From: a virus
IMG/VR virus record: IMGVR_UViG_3300045988_078908
Reading direction: 5' to 3' (one strand)
Length of the DNA: 33,044 nucleotides
The translations under genes were made by a program, and so were the position numbers. Shown in pieces: positions 30,631 through 33,044 of this stretch. The notes beneath the pieces were generated by a model. It was not told the origin of the DNA. It saw only the letters and a list, made by a program, of their open reading frames with translations, and searched no databases. Position 1 is the stretch's first letter. The number at the start of each line of letters is the position of its first letter.

Positions 30631-30946
30631 TGTAATTGATGTACGCCATGAGCTTCTTTTTCATCTTGTACTCGGCTGTCTTGAATCCCTTGCAGTCTTC
30701 CACGACAACCTTACCGCCGCGATGGTAAACGAAGTCTGCGACGTACTTCATGCCACGGTATTTCACGCCGTCGCACTCGAAGCTCGGCAGAAGCTCGAAC
30801 GGAACCTGAAGGCGCAAGTCCTGAATCTCGCCCGCTTCCTCCATACCTCGAAGCTTGGTATACCGCTTGGCCTCCTTGGCGCTGTCGAACTCGATGCCGT
30901 CAACGACCGTCTTCTTCGCGTGGTACTTACTTACCCGTGCTGCCAA
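30611..30946 (-). CDS. DUF1064 protein (PD-(D/E)xK-like nuclease, putative resolvase)
   Basis: 111 aa from TTG 30946, which lies 6 nt after GGGGAGGTG. The pattern SKYHAKKTVVDGIEFDSAKEAKRY...YVADFVY...VVEDCKG matches the DUF1064 family. Confidence 0.75.
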   Translation of the reverse strand: MAARVSKYHAKKTVVDGIEFDSAKEAKRYTKLRGMEEAGEIQDLRLQVPFELLPSFECDGVKYRGMKYVADFVYHRGGKVVVEDCKGFKTAEYKMKKKLMAYINYINIEES

Positions 30947-31337
30947 AGCCGTCACCTCCCCTCTCGGAATCGTCAAGCTTGTCAACGACGTCAAAATCCA
31001 CGTACTCGCATGGCACGATTACGAGCTGTGTAATCTTGTCCCCACGCTCGATGACGTGACACTTTTCGCTGTGATTGTAGAGCTTTACCTTGATTTGCCC
31101 CGTATATCCCTCGTCGATGACGCCCTCGGACGTGATATCGTGCCTGACGTTCAGCCCCGATTTGCTCTTCAGCATGCCGACGTAGCCGTGCGGCAGCTGG
31201 ATATGCATGCCAGTGTCGATGACGCGCGAACCCCTCGCGGGAACATACGTGTCGATTGGCGAGCGAAGGTCTGCCCCTGCGTCCGTGCCGTGGGCACGCA
31301 CGGGAACGGACGCGCAACTATCGAGTTTGATTTTCAT
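30927..31337 (-). CDS. dut: dUTPase (trimeric type)
   Basis: Motifs AGADL, GMLKSKSGL, GVIDEGYTGQI and RGGDGFGSTG are present. The start is ATG 31337, or possibly 31346. Confidence 0.9.
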   Translation of the reverse strand: MKIKLDSCASVPVRAHGTDAGADLRSPIDTYVPARGSRVIDTGMHIQLPHGYVGMLKSKSGLNVRHDITSEGVIDEGYTGQIKVKLYNHSEKCHVIERGDKITQLVIVPCEYVDFDVVDKLDDSERGGDGFGSTGK

Positions 31338-31557
31338 TGCCTTCATCCTTCCCGAAGCTGTATCTTGCATACCTTGTGGCCTGTCCGTAGCGGTTCTTGC
31401 CGTGCTCCCGCTCCGTGTGTATATCGTGGCCGTCCTCCTTAAGCTCGAAGATGACAGCCGCTAGCCTTGTCACTCCAAGGTCTTTGAATGCGTCCAGCGG
31501 CGTTATGCTGCCGAACTCGCGTATGTAGTCGAGAACCATCTGCTTCTGGCTTGCCAT
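31318..31557 (-). CDS. Winged-helix/HTH domain protein
   Basis: 79 aa with an AAGGGGGTGA SD. It contains QMVLDYIREFGSITPLDAFKDLGVTRLAAVIFELKEDGHDI. Confidence 0.7.
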   Translation of the reverse strand: MASQKQMVLDYIREFGSITPLDAFKDLGVTRLAAVIFELKEDGHDIHTEREHGKNRYGQATRYARYSFGKDEGNENQTR

Positions 31558-31573
31558 CGCTTCACCCCCTTCT

Positions 31574-31891
31574 CTAGACGTAGTTGCGCCCGAACATGCT
31601 TATAAATTCATCAATTGTCCAGCCGTAGTGCGCCATCGCACGCTTCTGCGAAACCTCCTGAAGGTACTCTTCGAAAGGGCGGTTGAAATGCACCGCATAG
31701 TCGCTCATGTTGTGCGCGTCTGGCGATAGGAAGACGTACAAGCCAAGCTCGATTGACTTCTTTCGGTTCGGGCCGTGGAAGACCTCGTGACGTACGAGCC
31801 ACGGTTCGCGCTCGTCGTACCAGTCAATCAAGACACCATGACGCTCGTCGTACCACTCGCCGCACCCGAGTATGCTATGCTCTTTCATCAT
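31574..31891 (-). CDS. Conserved phage protein of unknown function (HxVFxGxNRKxS...GL motif family, Cys ligands not conserved)
   Basis: 105 aa from ATG 31891, whose ATGA overlaps the NinB-like stop. It contains VRHEVFHGPNRKKSIELGLYVFLSPDAH...FISMFGRNYV. The upstream 140 aa of the 245-aa ORF were rejected. Confidence 0.65.
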   Translation of the reverse strand: MMKEHSILGCGEWYDERHGVLIDWYDEREPWLVRHEVFHGPNRKKSIELGLYVFLSPDAHNMSDYAVHFNRPFEEYLQEVSQKRAMAHYGWTIDEFISMFGRNYV

Positions 31892-32352
31892 CCCTCGCCC
31901 TCTACGTACTTCAGCCGTGCGATTTCCTCGCGCGTGAGAACCGGGATGCCCTGCGCTTCGCATTCCTCCCTCGCCCCGTCGATGAGACGCGAGAACTCCG
32001 TCGAATCCATGTGACTCGAACCCTTGTAGACGCGGTAATGCGTGAACTCGCGACCGCCAGCGAATCCCGTTCCGATTTCCTCGAAGTATCGGAAGTACCC
32101 GGAAACGTCGATATCGGAACGGACGCTCACGACCTCGAAAGGCGCGTGCTCCTTCAGCATGCGGAAATGAAGCTCCGAGGTCGGTATCCTCAGGACTCGC
32201 CCGAGCTGGTTGACCATCGACCAATAGTAGGCGTTCTGGGTGAGCGTGCGCTTGCGCTTGCGCTCCTTGATTTCGTAAATCTGCTCGCCCTTCGGCTGCG
32301 AGAACAGCCAATGGATGATTTCCTCGGCTGTTCCAATCATGCCGCCAATCAT
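31888..32352 (-). CDS. NinB/Orf-like recombination mediator
   Basis: 154 aa. ERKRKRTLTQNAYYWSMVNQL parallels lambda Orf ERNRSLDQNRKLWACL. YKGSSHMDSTEFSRLIDGAREECEAQGI parallels GQSTSRMRVGEFAELLELIQAF. Confidence 0.65.
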   Translation of the reverse strand: MIGGMIGTAEEIIHWLFSQPKGEQIYEIKERKRKRTLTQNAYYWSMVNQLGRVLRIPTSELHFRMLKEHAPFEVVSVRSDIDVSGYFRYFEEIGTGFAGGREFTHYRVYKGSSHMDSTEFSRLIDGAREECEAQGIPVLTREEIARLKYVEGEG

Positions 32353-32416
32353 TCCGCCCCGCCCCCTTTCCAGATAGAGGCGGGATGCTTCAGAGCACCC
32401 CGCCCCGTTTCAGTCT

Positions 32417-32863
32417 TTAAAAAGGCAAATCCTCGTCGTAGAACTCGGACTGCGGGGCCTCGGCGTAGGCCTGCCGGGCGTTCCACTGCGGCGCGGGATA
32501 CGTCTGCTGCTGCGGCTGATAGCCCTGCTGCTGGGGCTTGCGGTTCTGCATAAGCTCGATTTCGTTGGCGATGATGTCTACCTTGGAATGCTTCTGGCCG
32601 TCCTTCTCCCAGCTCGAATAGTGGAGCTTGCCAGATACAGCGACCTTCATGCCCTTGGCGAGGATGTCGCTCAGCGCCGTGGCGCGGTTTCCGAAGGTGA
32701 CGCATTCGAAGAAGTTGGGAACGTCCTCCCATTGCCCCGAAGCGTTCTTGCGGCGGTCATTCACAGCGATGCCGAAGCTCAGCAAAGGCGTGCCGCTTGC
32801 CGTGCTGCGAAGCTCTGGTGACCTCGTCAAATTTCCTACTAATGCAACATGATTAATGCTCAT
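32417..32863 (-). CDS. ssb: Single-stranded DNA-binding protein
   Basis: The N-terminus has the OB-fold pattern MSINHVALVGNLTRSPELRSTASGTPLLSFGIAVN. It also has a Gln/Pro-rich linker and the acidic tip DEDLPF. Confidence 0.9.
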   Translation of the reverse strand: MSINHVALVGNLTRSPELRSTASGTPLLSFGIAVNDRRKNASGQWEDVPNFFECVTFGNRATALSDILAKGMKVAVSGKLHYSSWEKDGQKHSKVDIIANEIELMQNRKPQQQGYQPQQQTYPAPQWNARQAYAEAPQSEFYDEDLPF

Positions 32864-33044
32864 TAGTAGACGCCCCCTTGCCGTTCAGCTCTTCGAGCTT
32901 CTTGTCGTATGCGTCCCCCATGATGTGGCGGAAAACGGCGCTGGTGGTCGCATCGTTCCACGTGAGATATTTTCCCGACCAATCGGTGTCCGCCCTGTTG
33001 AGCAGAACGTCCTTGACCATTTCAAGGTCGAATTTCGCCTTCAG
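32853..33044 (-). CDS. Hypothetical 78-aa protein, 3' part (5' part at 1-100; 32990-33044 duplicates 1-55)
   Basis: The frame ...LNRADTDWSGKYLTWNDATTSAVFRHIMGDAYDKKLEELNGKGASTNEH* ends at the TAA at 32855-32853, 11 nt inside the SSB gene. Confidence 0.7.
   Translation of the reverse strand: MKAKFDLEMVKDVLLNRADTDWSGKYLTWNDATTSAVFRHIMGDAYDKKLEELNGKGASTNEH
32990..33044. repeat. Terminal redundancy, copy 2 (identical to 1-55)
   Basis: Direct comparison with nt 1-55. Confidence 0.9.

Larger units (their letters stand above)
1..32989. mobile_element. Complete temperate siphovirus genome in circular (attP) form, with HK97-like head, packaging and tail modules
   Basis: Full set of lysogeny, recombination, replication, lysis, packaging, head and tail genes. 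The terminal 55-nt overlap closes the circle, and an ORF reads across the junction. Confidence 0.9.

Noticed and set aside
31892-32311. The N-terminal 140 aa of the 245-aa ORF 31574-32311.
   Set aside because: This part is Arg/Gly-rich and overlaps the NinB/Orf-like gene in a different frame. The credible protein starts at ATG 31891, where an ATGA overlap couples it to the upstream stop.
32379-32404. An 11-bp hairpin (GGCGGGAUGCU-ucag-AGCACCCCGCC) between ssb and the NinB-like gene, considered as a possible terminator.
   Set aside because: It has no U-run on the transcribed (-) strand and lies within a tightly packed operon. It is more likely a minor mRNA structure and is not strong enough to call.
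1-33044. A search for tRNA, tmRNA, rRNA, group I/II introns, inteins, toxin-antitoxin pairs and known defence-system genes.
   Set aside because: None was recognised by eye. The intergenic regions are short and are explained by promoters and terminators. TerL, the portal and the other large genes are of normal length with no insertions. A tRNAscan or Rfam scan would be needed to exclude small RNAs formally.

Overview
The window is a complete, circularly closed genome of a temperate HK97-like siphovirus. Nt 1-55 are identical to nt 32990-33044, so the unique length is 32,989 bp. The host is probably Gram-positive and Clostridia-like, inferred only from AGGAGG-type ribosome-binding sites, a GH25/CW_7/LysM endolysin and a large serine integrase. 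Only the CI-like repressor and the integrase are on the + strand.

Gene order reading down the - strand:
- A Cro-like regulator, then a recombination module: Gp157-like protein, Rad52-type annealing protein, a 78-aa gene that wraps the contig junction, SSB, NinB/Orf-like protein, winged-helix protein, dUTPase and a DUF1064 nuclease.
- A replication module: DnaD-like organizer with 4 internal iterons, DnaC-like loader and a sigma-region-4-like regulator.
- Four promoter/terminator-bounded mini-operons of small genes of unknown function.
- A lysis cassette: membrane protein, Dp-1-type holin and endolysin.
- An HNH endonuclease, followed by a 270-nt non-coding gap that is a candidate cos site and late promoter.
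- A ParB-domain protein plus two paralogous GT-A glycosyltransferase-like genes.
- Packaging and head genes: TerS, TerL, portal, protease, capsid and four connector proteins.
- Tail genes: tail tube, G/GT chaperones with a -1 frameshift, tape measure, Dit, an inserted fibre cassette, Tal and the receptor-binding protein.
- A candidate attP core next to the integrase gene.

The most interesting observations are:
1. The orphan ParB + tandem GT-A module fused into the packaging operon, a candidate DNA or virion glycosylation system with no recognisable precursor-making enzyme.
2. The array of four repeated promoter-leader cassettes.
3. A promoter-leader-terminator (attenuator-like) arrangement abutting the ribosome-binding site of the replication-initiator gene.
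4. Twin perfect 14-bp palindromes upstream of the capsid gene.
5. A fibre cassette splitting the normally adjacent Dit and Tal genes.

All functional calls come from motif recognition by eye; no database search was run.
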